Positions 27,298 to 37,196 of a stretch of 49,158 nt of DNA are shown piece by piece. This DNA is from Candidatus Thorarchaeota archaeon (GTDB lineage: Archaea > Asgardarchaeota > Thorarchaeia > Thorarchaeales > Thorarchaeaceae): the NCBI GenBank assembly GCA_016839605.1, contig JAEOTX010000096.1:1-49158 (forward strand). The letters run 5' to 3'. The notes under the pieces were generated by a model. It was not told the origin of the DNA and ran no database searches. It was given only the letters and a program-made list of their open reading frames with translations. The position numbers and the translations under genes are program-made. Positions within the stretch are counted from its first letter, which is position 1; each line of letters opens with the position of its first letter.

Positions 27298-28335
27298 ATT
27301 CAAACATCGAAAGAACTGGTAGATATTGCATTGAGTGGAGGAATCCCAGATAGAGTTCCAGTCTCTATCGTATCATCTGCTTGGGTCTTCAGCACATATG
27401 GACTTGACTTGCAGACTGCATACAAAGATGCGGAAAGGATGACTGAAGTGTGGCGTGGTTTCAATAGGGATTTTGGTGCAGATGCAATTGTACTGTCTCT
27501 AAGCTCTACGGTCATACCCTCCTACTTCGGAACAACGTGGAAGTTTCCCAAGTCTGGTTTCCCATTGTTGATGGAACCAGCAGTCAAGGAAATGAGTGAA
27601 CTAGAAGAACTGCAGCAAATCGACCCCTCCAAAGATGAACAGCTTCAAGCTTGCTATAGACATGGAACTCAACTTGTCGAGGAATTCGGAGATGAGAGAT
27701 GCGTCTGGTTCATGACTACTGGGCCGCTGTCAAATGCAGCCCGGATAACGGAAACCGAGTTTATGATGGAGTGTCTTATTGAAGAGCCAGATTTTGTCCG
27801 AGACCTCTTCAGATTTAGTGTGGATGCATGGAAGATCGCAGTAAAGCCCATCTTAGAAATGGGTGTAGATGTTGTGGACTTCTCATCTTCTCCAGGTTCT
27901 CCAGATCTGATATCCCCTCGAATGTATCGTGAGTTCTTTTGGGAGTTTGATCGAGAGGTCATACAATGGATTCATGAGTATGGAGCTAAAGCAGTGTTTC
28001 ATATCTGTGGAAACACCCTCCGAATTATTGAGGATATGGCGAAGACGGGAGCTAATGGATTGAGCATCGATTCGATGCTTGACATGTCTCTTGCACGTGA
28101 AGCCATTGGGAAGAAAACAGCCCTGGTTGGCAACTTAGACCCCGCAAATATACTCATGAATGGCACACCTGATGATGTGATAGCTGCTAGTCTAGAAGCC
28201 ATGAAGATTGGAGGAATCAATGGAGGATTTGTCTTAGCCCCTGGGTGTGATGTGCCGCCCACCTGCCCGAGAGAGAATATAGCAGCGATGATTAACACTG
28301 CCACAGAGTATGGAGGATATCCACTAACGTATTAG
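27298..28335 (+). CDS. Second MtaA-family methyltransferase; start uncertain (ATT 27298, TTG 27331, or read-through from the corrinoid gene)
   Basis: TSKELVDIALSGGIPDRVPV N-terminus, GPLSNA, FHICGNT, GNLDP, LAPGCD. Confidence 0.87.
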   Translation: MQTSKELVDIALSGGIPDRVPVSIVSSAWVFSTYGLDLQTAYKDAERMTEVWRGFNRDFGADAIVLSLSSTVIPSYFGTTWKFPKSGFPLLMEPAVKEMSELEELQQIDPSKDEQLQACYRHGTQLVEEFGDERCVWFMTTGPLSNAARITETEFMMECLIEEPDFVRDLFRFSVDAWKIAVKPILEMGVDVVDFSSSPGSPDLISPRMYREFFWEFDREVIQWIHEYGAKAVFHICGNTLRIIEDMAKTGANGLSIDSMLDMSLAREAIGKKTALVGNLDPANILMNGTPDDVIAASLEAMKIGGINGGFVLAPGCDVPPTCPRENIAAMINTATEYGGYPLTY

Positions 28336-28344
28336 AAGATTGGA

Positions 28345-29619
28345 TCATGTCCAGGGTTCTAGAGATACGATAATCCGATCAACAGCCGCGTTTATCTTTT
28401 CACAGGTCTGCGCGTAGGAGAGCCTCAAAAAGCCCTCTCCTCCTGAACCAAAGGAGGCACCTGAAGCAGTCAGGACTTTTGCAGCTGATGCAAGATACAT
28501 CATGGCTGTGAGTGAACCTGATTTATCAAGGTCTTCAATTCGAAACAGATACTCAGGAAGCTGCTGCAAGAATGTTTTCCCATCAGTCTTGAAATAAGCC
28601 CTCATATCCTTCTCATGGGTCTCCACAAGTTCCTGCACATTGGCCATTAAGAAGAAGCTGCCCTTTGGCATTGTTGTACTAATGAATGGAACCTCGTTAT
28701 TGATACGATCGACTAGTAGCTTCCTTCGTCTATCATACTCTTCTACCATCTCCTTAACACAATCCTGAGGCCCGTTTAACGCTGCAACCCCGGCTGCTTG
28801 GGAGGTTGTCGGTGCACATATCGTACTATATTGATGGATTTTCTTAAACCCTGCAATTATCTCTTGAGGACCTATGACCCATCCCAATCTGAATCCAGTC
28901 ATTGCATGGCTTTTGGAAAGCCCGTTTATTGTAACGGTTCTCTCAAACATCCCACTGAATGCTGCAGGACTTGTGATCTTCACGTCATCATAGACTAGCT
29001 TCTCATAGAGCTCATCTGAGAGAACAAGGAGGTCATGGTCGACAGCAAGGTCTGAGACCGCCTTCACACTTTCTCGGTTCCAAACTCCACCAGTTGGATT
29101 ATTGGGTGAACAAATGATGATCATTCTGGTCTTCGATGTGATTGATTCCGCTATCTCATCTGTGGATGGTACGAAGCTAGCTTCTTCGAGCCCAGGAACT
29201 GTGACTGGTTTTGCCTCTGCGATTCGAATGATCGGCTCATAAGCCAAATATGCAGGAGTCGGAATGACGATTTCATCGCCCCTGTTAACACATCCGAATA
29301 TTGCTCCAAACACTCCAGGACTAGTTCCTGCTGTGACCATCACTTCAGATTCCGGATTGACGTCAAACCCGTTGTCACGTTTTGTCTTATTCACTATTGC
29401 TTCTCTAAGCTCAATTGTCCCAGGATCCGGAGTATAGTGTGTGTCACCTCCTTCTAGAGATTTTATTGCCGCTTCGACTATGTGTGAAGGAGTTTCGAAG
29501 TCTGGCTCCCCAATCCCCAGACTCAGAATGTCTTTGTCTTCTCCTACATGTAAGAGAAGGGCAATGCCACTCGGAGGCAGTGTTTCAAGATTATCTCGTA
29601 TTTTCGCCAATCTCATCAT
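28345..29619 (-). CDS. Class I/II PLP aminotransferase (aspartate aminotransferase family)
   Basis: LGIGEPDFETP, HYT, CSPNNPTG, SDELY, GLSKSHAMTGFRLG, GEGFLRLSYA. Confidence 0.9.
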   Translation of the reverse strand: MMRLAKIRDNLETLPPSGIALLLHVGEDKDILSLGIGEPDFETPSHIVEAAIKSLEGGDTHYTPDPGTIELREAIVNKTKRDNGFDVNPESEVMVTAGTSPGVFGAIFGCVNRGDEIVIPTPAYLAYEPIIRIAEAKPVTVPGLEEASFVPSTDEIAESITSKTRMIIICSPNNPTGGVWNRESVKAVSDLAVDHDLLVLSDELYEKLVYDDVKITSPAAFSGMFERTVTINGLSKSHAMTGFRLGWVIGPQEIIAGFKKIHQYSTICAPTTSQAAGVAALNGPQDCVKEMVEEYDRRRKLLVDRINNEVPFISTTMPKGSFFLMANVQELVETHEKDMRAYFKTDGKTFLQQLPEYLFRIEDLDKSGSLTAMMYLASAAKVLTASGASFGSGGEGFLRLSYAQTCEKINAAVDRIIVSLEPWT

Positions 29620-29627
29620 TTCCTCGA

Positions 29628-30359
29628 CTATAATTCCAGAACCTTGGCAACGAACTCTGGAAAGTCCATCATCTCTATATTACTCTCACTGCGTTCCACA
29701 GCTTCTCGTAAATTGAACGTGCAGAAGGGACATGCTGTTGTCAAAACCGATGCTCCAGTTTCCTCAGCTTCTTTGATTCTCGTTTCTGCAGCTCCCCTTG
29801 CCAGTTCTCTGTTGGTAGATCGCACCCCTCCCCCAGCACCGCAGCATGAAGCCTTTGCTTCATTCTGATGCATTTCTCGCATCTCCACTCCTGAAATGGA
29901 TTCGATTGCCTCTCTTGGATCCTCGTAGATTCCCATATGCCTTCCAATGTGGCAGGGATCATGATATGTTACCGCCATTTTTTCACCCTCGGGGAAGACA
30001 ATCCTATTCCCTTCTACTAGTTCCTTCAATAGGGTAGGAAAGTGTACTACCTCAAATGAGAGCTCCTCGCCAAGAAGCTCTGGGTAATCTGCTGAAATTG
30101 TTCTGAAGCATCCAGCACACGCAGTGACAACTCTTGTTGCACCCAGAGCTTTTAGCGCATCTACATTGTGTCGTGCCATTATTTTTCCATCATCAACGAA
30201 ACCTGTTCTAAAGGCGACACTGCCGCAACACCACTCATCCTCACCAAGCATGGCGAACTCAAGACCCGCATGTTTCAGGACCTTTATTGTAGCTTCAGCT
30301 ATACTGGGTAACCTATAGGTTGCCATGCATCCAGCAAAGTAGACAAGCATTCCTATCAC
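29628..30359 (-). CDS. CCG-domain Fe-S oxidoreductase subunit (GlcF/HdrD C-terminal half)
   Basis: YFAGC, EWCCG, TACAGC, YHDPCHIGR, CCGAGGG, TACPFC. Confidence 0.88.
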   Translation of the reverse strand: MIGMLVYFAGCMATYRLPSIAEATIKVLKHAGLEFAMLGEDEWCCGSVAFRTGFVDDGKIMARHNVDALKALGATRVVTACAGCFRTISADYPELLGEELSFEVVHFPTLLKELVEGNRIVFPEGEKMAVTYHDPCHIGRHMGIYEDPREAIESISGVEMREMHQNEAKASCCGAGGGVRSTNRELARGAAETRIKEAEETGASVLTTACPFCTFNLREAVERSESNIEMMDFPEFVAKVLEL

Positions 30360-30748
30360 CCCTCCGCCAGCTTCTTCAGGCGTTCTCGCTGCGTAGCATC
30401 TTCACCAAATGGATTGTGAACTTCTCTCAGGTTCTTTGCCAGTTCCTCAGAAACCGCATGGCCATAACCTCGCTTCACCAGCTCCTCACGTGTTGCCTCA
30501 ATAACTGATGCAATGTCAAGTCCAGAGAGACATGTTGCCTCGCAGTTCTTGCATGTAGTGCACTCATACATTCGCTCCCCTACTTCATCCCAATCTAGCC
30601 AACCTTGAAGCAGTGCATAGAGGATTGACATCTTACCCTTGGCACTGTTTGATTCCAAGTTCGTCTGTTTGTAAATTGGGCAGTTGGATTGACACAGGCC
30701 GCAGCTGACACACTCCAGGATGATGTGTTTGTGTTCTTCGAATGACAT
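30356..30748 (-). CDS. 2x[4Fe-4S] subunit (GlcF/HdrD N-terminal half)
   Basis: CVSCGLCQSNCP and CTTCKNCEATC, HNPFGE; ATG at 30748 (ORF track starts at 30829 inside the upstream gene). Confidence 0.85.
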   Translation of the reverse strand: MSFEEHKHIILECVSCGLCQSNCPIYKQTNLESNSAKGKMSILYALLQGWLDWDEVGERMYECTTCKNCEATCLSGLDIASVIEATREELVKRGYGHAVSEELAKNLREVHNPFGEDATQRERLKKLAEG

Positions 30749-30752
30749 CCTG

Positions 30753-32210
30753 TCAGACCTCCATGTCCTCATCTTTGACATATGCAGGATATGTGAATCC
30801 AACGTCGGTATCACGTTCCTCAGTGTCAAGTCCCATCTTACCAGGATTCAGAATCCCTTGTGGGTCAAACAACTTCTTGATTCGTCTATCAATAGCCAGC
30901 TTAGTCTCTCCCACACTCATTCTCACAAAGTTGTTCTTCACAAAACCGAATCCATGCTCAGCTGTGACCACTCCTCCAATGCTGACTACATATTCGAGTA
31001 TCTCAATCTCAGCCTTCTTCATAGCAGTCCAGTGATCCTTGTTGCTGGGATCAATAATCACTGCAGGATGGATGATCCCAATTCCTGTGTGACAGAACAC
31101 AGCCACTATGATTCCATGAGAACGAATAATGCGACCAATCTCTCTTATCGCTTCAGCCATTCTTGACAGTGGAACACAAGGATCTGCAGCGGCGAACCCA
31201 AACTCGCGGTAACCTGGATGTATCTTCATTACAGCTATATCAATATCGAGTCTTGGAGCCCACAGTATTCTTGCTGTCTCTTGATCGTGAGCAATTGTCA
31301 CCTGTTCACCGTTGTGCTCTTCAAGAATCTTTTTCATCAGTACTAATTTGCGATCAAGATTCTCCTCATCAAATCCTTCAACATCAGCAACAAAGTTGCC
31401 CTCGCATTTTGGAAACCCAAGTTCCATCACATCACTAATGGTGCTGACTGTATATCCGTCCGTGGCCTCAAGAGTACCTGCATCTACCCCAGACATATGA
31501 ATAACATGAGATGCAGCCATCAAGTCATCAAGATTCTTGAAGAAAGCGCCGATGGAAGCTGCAACCTTCTTCTTCGGTGCTAATCGCAAGATTGCCTTCG
31601 TTATTATTCCAAGAGTCCCCTCGGATCCTGCAAAGAGGGCTGATAGATTGTAGCCCATATTATATCTCGGTGCTCTTGAGCCAAGGCTAAGAGTTGAGCC
31701 ATCGAGTAGGACAACCTCCATTTCCTGTATCCAAGGACCTACTCGTCCATGCTGATATGCATGATGACCATTCGAATCTGAGGCGATGATCCCACCTATG
31801 GTAGCCGCATCGTGACTACCTACATCATGAGGAAATGTCAGCCCTTGTTTCTCAAGCTCATGCTCGAACGTTTCATATCTTACTCCAGGTTCTACAATTG
31901 CCAGCATATCATCCTTACTGATCTCTAAGATTCTGTTCATCCGACTGAGATCCAAGACAATTCCGCCTCTCACTGGAAGTGAAGAGCCTTGGAACGAGGC
32001 ACCGCCACCCCTGGGTGTGATTGGAATGCTATCCTTAGAAGCAATCTTTAGGACCTTAGCTACCTGATCCTTCGATGTGGCAAAAACAATGAGGTCAGGG
32101 ATTGCAAAATAGGGTGTGACATCACGTGCATACGCCACTCTATCGACTTTAGCTGTTACGAGGTTGTTCTCACCAACAACTGATTTCAGCTTCTCAACTG
32201 CATCAGACAT
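30753..32210 (-). CDS. FAD-linked oxidase, GlcD/D-lactate (2-hydroxyacid) dehydrogenase family
   Basis: ITPRGGG, LDLSRMNRILEI, VEPGV, ATIGG, GSEGTLGIIT, AEHGFG, FDPQGILNPGK. Confidence 0.9.
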   Translation of the reverse strand: MSDAVEKLKSVVGENNLVTAKVDRVAYARDVTPYFAIPDLIVFATSKDQVAKVLKIASKDSIPITPRGGGASFQGSSLPVRGGIVLDLSRMNRILEISKDDMLAIVEPGVRYETFEHELEKQGLTFPHDVGSHDAATIGGIIASDSNGHHAYQHGRVGPWIQEMEVVLLDGSTLSLGSRAPRYNMGYNLSALFAGSEGTLGIITKAILRLAPKKKVAASIGAFFKNLDDLMAASHVIHMSGVDAGTLEATDGYTVSTISDVMELGFPKCEGNFVADVEGFDEENLDRKLVLMKKILEEHNGEQVTIAHDQETARILWAPRLDIDIAVMKIHPGYREFGFAAADPCVPLSRMAEAIREIGRIIRSHGIIVAVFCHTGIGIIHPAVIIDPSNKDHWTAMKKAEIEILEYVVSIGGVVTAEHGFGFVKNNFVRMSVGETKLAIDRRIKKLFDPQGILNPGKMGLDTEERDTDVGFTYPAYVKDEDMEV

Positions 32211-32226
32211 TTTGAATCATAACCCA

Positions 32227-33327
32227 TTATTTCTTGCGGGCTCTCTTCCTCTTACGTCTTCGCCTTCGGACAAACCATATGACTATGAGTGATATGAACA
32301 GGACAATGAAAACGGCTCCATAACCCAGCAGGGCACGCTGATCGAAATATCCACCAACCACATCCAATACAGGAAGGCTGAGTAAGAAGTTGTTTAGTCC
32401 CTGTAGTGCCACATCGAGTCCAATTGCTGAGGCGAACATCCCGATGCCACCAGCAATAGCACCAACAAGTGCTGTGAAATAGACCCAAGTGATAAAGGTG
32501 GTCTCGAAGTAGAGGAGGTACATCATAAGTCCAAAACTACCTAAGACCACTAGAATGCCGAGATAATCCCTAGTCTTGAATGAGATGTCTTGCACAAAGG
32601 TACGATCCTTTCTGGCACCAAAGGCTCTCGCATTGATAGCCACCTCTAAATCCATGGCTCTACGGAACATCAACAGAAGGAGTGGCGTGATAATTGGAAT
32701 GTAGGCACGTCTTATTTTATCAAAATAGCTAGCTTGGTCTAAGTCAAATCCTCTAATCTTCTGAGCCTCTATGATACTGTCCATGCTTTCCTGAACAAGG
32801 GGAACGAATCTGAAGGCGGTCATGAACATGAAAGCCATCTTCTGTGGAACACGAATCCTTGCAAATGCAGCAGTAATTCGAGCAATGGATGACGTCATAG
32901 TAAAGATAGGGATTACAGTAACAACAGATACGACACGGAGGGCAATCAGCAATCCATAGAGTATACCTCCGACTGTCATCTCACCATAATTCGTGACAGC
33001 TAGGCCAGTATCCGCATCGATAATGGGCCAGTCAAAGAATTTGAAGAGAATAGTCTGATCCCCGAATCTATAGGTCATACCCTGTACGATAAACAGGAAT
33101 ACGAAGAGAAAGGTGAGAAGCTTCAGGAGGAAACCGAGATTCCTCAGCTCAACCTTTCCCACAATCCACCAAACTGTAGCAATACCAATCCATATGATGA
33201 GTAGACTAATACTCTCAGTGTTCCATACTTGAATCACCACCAACAGAGCTAGTGCCATATAGAATAGCTTCACAAGAGGGTTCATTCTGTCAAGAGGGGT
33301 GTCTTTCTTAACATACTCAAACGCCAT
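32227..33327 (-). CDS. ecfT: ECF transporter transmembrane T component
   Basis: RMNPLVKL, AFRFVPLV, EAQKIRG, AINARAF. Confidence 0.9.
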   Translation of the reverse strand: MAFEYVKKDTPLDRMNPLVKLFYMALALLVVIQVWNTESISLLIIWIGIATVWWIVGKVELRNLGFLLKLLTFLFVFLFIVQGMTYRFGDQTILFKFFDWPIIDADTGLAVTNYGEMTVGGILYGLLIALRVVSVVTVIPIFTMTSSIARITAAFARIRVPQKMAFMFMTAFRFVPLVQESMDSIIEAQKIRGFDLDQASYFDKIRRAYIPIITPLLLLMFRRAMDLEVAINARAFGARKDRTFVQDISFKTRDYLGILVVLGSFGLMMYLLYFETTFITWVYFTALVGAIAGGIGMFASAIGLDVALQGLNNFLLSLPVLDVVGGYFDQRALLGYGAVFIVLFISLIVIWFVRRRRRKRKRARKK

Positions 33328-33329
33328 GA

Positions 33330-35081
33330 TTATGCACCTCCTGAGGTGAAGATGTCCGCCATCTCGTCAACCGTCACAAGATTTTGCTCAATCCCGTAAT
33401 CAGCAAGTCTCTGGCATAGCTGTGTAATCTGAGGAGGCTTCAGGTCTGCCTGTTTCAACACATCTACCATTCCGAAGATCTCTCTCTTGGGCCCATCAGC
33501 GATTATCTTAGCATCCGACATAATTACAAGTCTGTCAGCATATGTAGCAACTAGGTCCATGTCATGAGAGATCATGATTATTGTCTTGCCTTGGTCTCTC
33601 ATCCTGGCAGCTATCTGGCAAAGCACATGACGACCTCTGTAGTCTTGCGCAGTGGTAGGCTCATCAAGAATCAGAATCTCGGGATCCATAGCAATTCCTG
33701 CTGCCGCGGCAACCTTCCGTCGGTCGCCAAAGCTCAGTCTGAATGGAAAGATGTCCCTCACATCCTCTAGACCGACTTCCTTCATTGCGTTATCGACACG
33801 TATTTCTATTTCCTCATCCGAAAGACCGAGGTTCCTTGGACCAAATTCAAGTTCTTTCTGGACACTAATGCTGAAGAGCTGATAGTCAGGATTTTGTAGA
33901 ATAAGTGAGATGCTCTTTGCGATACTTCCAATAGTGAGTTCACTAGCATCCTCTCCCTCAATTCGGACTACTCCTTGGCTTGCTTCAAGAAGGCCAAGGA
34001 AGTGTTTCACCAGCGTAGTCTTACCGCTCCCATTCTGCCCTATGATTGCTATATATTCACCCTTGTGCACCTTCAGGTTAATGTCCTTAAGCGCAGTAAC
34101 GGGAATTCTTGCTGGATAGGTAAAGGTAACATTGTCCATCTCAAGAACAACTTCCTCAGATGTCCGTGGGGCTAACGGAGGATTCTTCCAGTCAATTTTG
34201 AGGAAGTTCTCATCCAATGCCTGCCTGATTAGAGATTCAGCTTCATCAAGGGTGAGAGGTATCCCTCCAGATTTCTTATAGCGCTCTTCAAATCCAGGCA
34301 CCTTTGCCGCTATTTTTGTAGCCAACGAAGTTACAGAAGGGGGATTAACACCTATAGAGGCAAGTAATTCAGTCTTTGCAAAGACTTCCTTCGGAGTGCC
34401 AAAAGCTACTGATTCACCCTCATTTAGAACAAGAATTTTAGAAGCAAGGCGGGCAACCTCGTCAGTCTTGTGACTTGTAATGAGAATCGTCATATCCTCG
34501 GTCTCAGATAGGTGGTTTACAACATCAAAGACCTCAGTCGTACCTACTGGATCAAGCTGAGAAGTTGGCTCATCGAGAATTAGAACTTCTGGAAGCATCG
34601 TAAGTCCTGCAGCAAGAGCTACCCTTTGCTTCTGTCCTCCACTCAATTCCTGTGGTTTCCTTTCTTCGAGACCTGAGATTCCGCACACTTTGGCAGCCCA
34701 ATCTGCACGACGGAAGATTTCCTCCCTCTCAACTGCGAGATTTGCTGGTCCGAACGCAAGCTCAGAGGCAACATCAGTCGTAGTGAACTGAGTTTCTGGA
34801 TCTTGGAGAACCATACATGCCTTCTGGGACATCTCAAGAATCGGAGTTTCCCATGGATCTAAGCCACACATAGTGACTCGACCCTTTTCTGTTCCAGCAT
34901 ATACAGTTGGAATGATACCATTGAGATGGAAGCAGAGCGTTGTCTTTCCAGCTCCATTAGAGCCCATGATACCTAATATTTCGCCTTTTCTCACCTCGCA
35001 GGAAACATCCTGCAAGGCCAATGGTCCTCTCTCATACGTGAAGGTAAGGTTGCTGATATTGACGACAACGTCTTCAGCCAT
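33330..35081 (-). CDS. ecfA: ECF transporter fused double ATPase (EcfA-A')
   Basis: Two Walker A motifs (GSNGAGKT, GQNGSGKT), LQDP/LQNP, LSGGQKQR, LDEPT twice. Confidence 0.92.
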   Translation of the reverse strand: MAEDVVVNISNLTFTYERGPLALQDVSCEVRKGEILGIMGSNGAGKTTLCFHLNGIIPTVYAGTEKGRVTMCGLDPWETPILEMSQKACMVLQDPETQFTTTDVASELAFGPANLAVEREEIFRRADWAAKVCGISGLEERKPQELSGGQKQRVALAAGLTMLPEVLILDEPTSQLDPVGTTEVFDVVNHLSETEDMTILITSHKTDEVARLASKILVLNEGESVAFGTPKEVFAKTELLASIGVNPPSVTSLATKIAAKVPGFEERYKKSGGIPLTLDEAESLIRQALDENFLKIDWKNPPLAPRTSEEVVLEMDNVTFTYPARIPVTALKDINLKVHKGEYIAIIGQNGSGKTTLVKHFLGLLEASQGVVRIEGEDASELTIGSIAKSISLILQNPDYQLFSISVQKELEFGPRNLGLSDEEIEIRVDNAMKEVGLEDVRDIFPFRLSFGDRRKVAAAAGIAMDPEILILDEPTTAQDYRGRHVLCQIAARMRDQGKTIIMISHDMDLVATYADRLVIMSDAKIIADGPKREIFGMVDVLKQADLKPPQITQLCQRLADYGIEQNLVTVDEMADIFTSGGA

Positions 35082-35151
35082 ATTTCAACACTCCTGAGTA
35101 AATGCCAACAAAATTGGCGTGGCATAAATCTGTTTGCTTTCGTTTTGAAAT

Positions 35152-35189
35152 AAAAAAAAGGTGAGGCACTAGCTGATAACAGCCAGTGC
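35152..35189 (-). terminator. Hairpin plus U-tract after the ECF S-component gene
   Basis: Minus strand GCACTGGCTG-TTAT-CAGCTAGTGC followed by CTCACCTTTTTTTT. Confidence 0.65.
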
Positions 35190-35198
35190 TTTGTGCGT

Positions 35199-35987
35199 CT
35201 ACCAGATTGCCCTTGGGATTCTCGGCAAGCCACTTCTCTTCAATGCCTCAACAAGAGGAATTGCAATCACAGTTGTGAGGATTGCTAGAACTGGCCACCA
35301 CCATGAATAGCCAAACATGTTCGACGTAAAGGACAATTCAACCGGATAGGCAAAGATCTGCCAATACGGTGCAGTCCACCAATAGTAGAATATCTCTATT
35401 CCTGCGAGCACGCCGAGGAATACTCCGATATACCGCTTCTTGGGGTCGTCCAATCTCGACCATTCAGGCACCCACGACTTCAGAACTGGTGTAAACAACA
35501 GAATGAGCCATGGAAGCCAGAAGAAAGTGGTCGAGAGATAGAACAGTGCGTCTGGTGTCTGACCGGGAACTCCTGGAAAGACATACGGATAGACGAACCA
35601 CATTGCTGTGGTGAATATCACCGAAAGTAGAGTCAGTAAGTACCACCTATTATCATCAGTGTTCATGAACAGAGCAACAAACACTGCTGGCAATATCCCC
35701 GTGAGCACCACATCTAAGAGACCTAGCGGAAACATTGCAGGACTGATGAACATCCCAATGAATCCGCCAATGATGGCCGCTATGATTCCGCCAATGGGTC
35801 CAAGAATTAATGGACCAATTGCCGTAAATGCTACAGAAAGGGGTACAAAGCCGCCGCCACCAACATATGGAAATACTGGGACGAGGGCTAGAACACCATT
35901 TATGGCACCGTAGACAGCGATGAAAGCAATGCTAGCACCGCCATAACCTACGGTTGCTCTCTCTCTAGTGCGTTCTTCTTCTCCCAT
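35199..35987 (-). CDS. Probable ECF substrate-specific S component (multi-pass membrane protein)
   Basis: Hydrophobic, with IAFIAVYGAI and LILGPIGGIIAAIIGGFIG (S-component GP..G motif); first gene before ecfA/ecfT; ATG 35987 preceded by GGAGA. Confidence 0.78.
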   Translation of the reverse strand: MGEEERTRERATVGYGGASIAFIAVYGAINGVLALVPVFPYVGGGGFVPLSVAFTAIGPLILGPIGGIIAAIIGGFIGMFISPAMFPLGLLDVVLTGILPAVFVALFMNTDDNRWYLLTLLSVIFTTAMWFVYPYVFPGVPGQTPDALFYLSTTFFWLPWLILLFTPVLKSWVPEWSRLDDPKKRYIGVFLGVLAGIEIFYYWWTAPYWQIFAYPVELSFTSNMFGYSWWWPVLAILTTVIAIPLVEALKRSGLPRIPRAIW

Positions 35988-36215
35988 TCCTAATCTCCTC
36001 CGATTCAAAATGAATCCGGATTCAACGTGATTCCAGAGAAAGTTGAACTCCTATTTATTAGTTCGCAGCTTGACGAATTACGTCATTAGTTGGTTATCTT
36101 GCCAAGTATCGGCATTAGCCGAGCTTGCCACACACAGATGTATTTTCTCACGTGGAAAGACTTTCAACATGGTCTTTGCACGAAGTCATCGATTCTAAAT
36201 GGGGTATGAGATATA

Positions 36216-37115
36216 GTGGATGATTTCACGTTCGGCGTCATTTTAGGCATCCTGAGCTCAGTGTTCTTTGCTATTCAAAATGTCATTGTCAAATGGCTTG
36301 GTGAGGATGTGCGTCCTGTCGCAGCCAACTCAATTCGATTATGGGTGTCTTTACCCATTGTGCTAATAATTGCACTTAATCCATTTCGCCAGGCAAATCT
36401 AATCATGCCACTTGAAACCATATTGATACTGGGTCTCTCTGTGGTTTTTGCCGCTGGATTTGGAGATGTCATCTATTTCCTCAGTCAAGATAGGATTGGG
36501 GTTTCAACAGCTTTTGCAATTGCTAACACCTATCCAATTGTGACCTATTTCTTGGCAATCCTCTTTCTTGGAGAGTTATTCATCCCAGCTAGATTTCTTG
36601 GGGTCATTCTTGCTATTGCTGGCATCGTCTTCATCTCACGAGAGCAACGAGATTCAAGTTCTGAAGAAGAAACTAAGCCTGATAATGTAGACAAGATAGG
36701 TTATCTTCTCGCAGGAGTCACCTGTGTCTCCTTTGCTTTGGCTACAATTTTGGTCGATGTGGGAGTTACTGGAGTGGATCCTCTAGATGCGAATGTGGTA
36801 AGACTCACGCTTGGGTCGGTGATGATTGCACCTGCATTTTACTGGTCAAACAGCAGGGGCATGCCTTTTCCATCTAGAAGAGGCATCAAGATAATGGCTA
36901 TTGCTGGATTCTTTGGCATGGCTCTAGCCTCGACCTTCTGGGTGGCATCAGTCAAATATGTTGGTGCTACGTTGAGTGCCATCATCGGATCAGTCGCACC
37001 CCTGATTGCCCTGCCTTTCTCGGTGAAGCTCCTCAATGAAAACGTGAATTGGAAAATTGGAATCGGCACTATAGCTACAATACTGGGTATCTGGATTACG
37101 CTCATTGCTGGATAG
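36216..37115 (+). CDS. EamA/DMT family transporter
   Basis: Two repeats of 5 TM helices, IGVS...P, L.E. Confidence 0.88.
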   Translation: MDDFTFGVILGILSSVFFAIQNVIVKWLGEDVRPVAANSIRLWVSLPIVLIIALNPFRQANLIMPLETILILGLSVVFAAGFGDVIYFLSQDRIGVSTAFAIANTYPIVTYFLAILFLGELFIPARFLGVILAIAGIVFISREQRDSSSEEETKPDNVDKIGYLLAGVTCVSFALATILVDVGVTGVDPLDANVVRLTLGSVMIAPAFYWSNSRGMPFPSRRGIKIMAIAGFFGMALASTFWVASVKYVGATLSAIIGSVAPLIALPFSVKLLNENVNWKIGIGTIATILGIWITLIAG

Positions 37116-37196
37116 TTGGTTGACGCAATTATCTGAGTAGAAACTACTGAAGAGTTAGTTTCTTATTGCCGTCTATCAGTAGTCCGGCTGATTAGA

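Noticed and set aside
1754-28335. Methanogenesis
   Set aside because: Hdr/Mvh and MtaA/corrinoid genes occur widely in non-methanogens; no mcr or mtr genes are in the window
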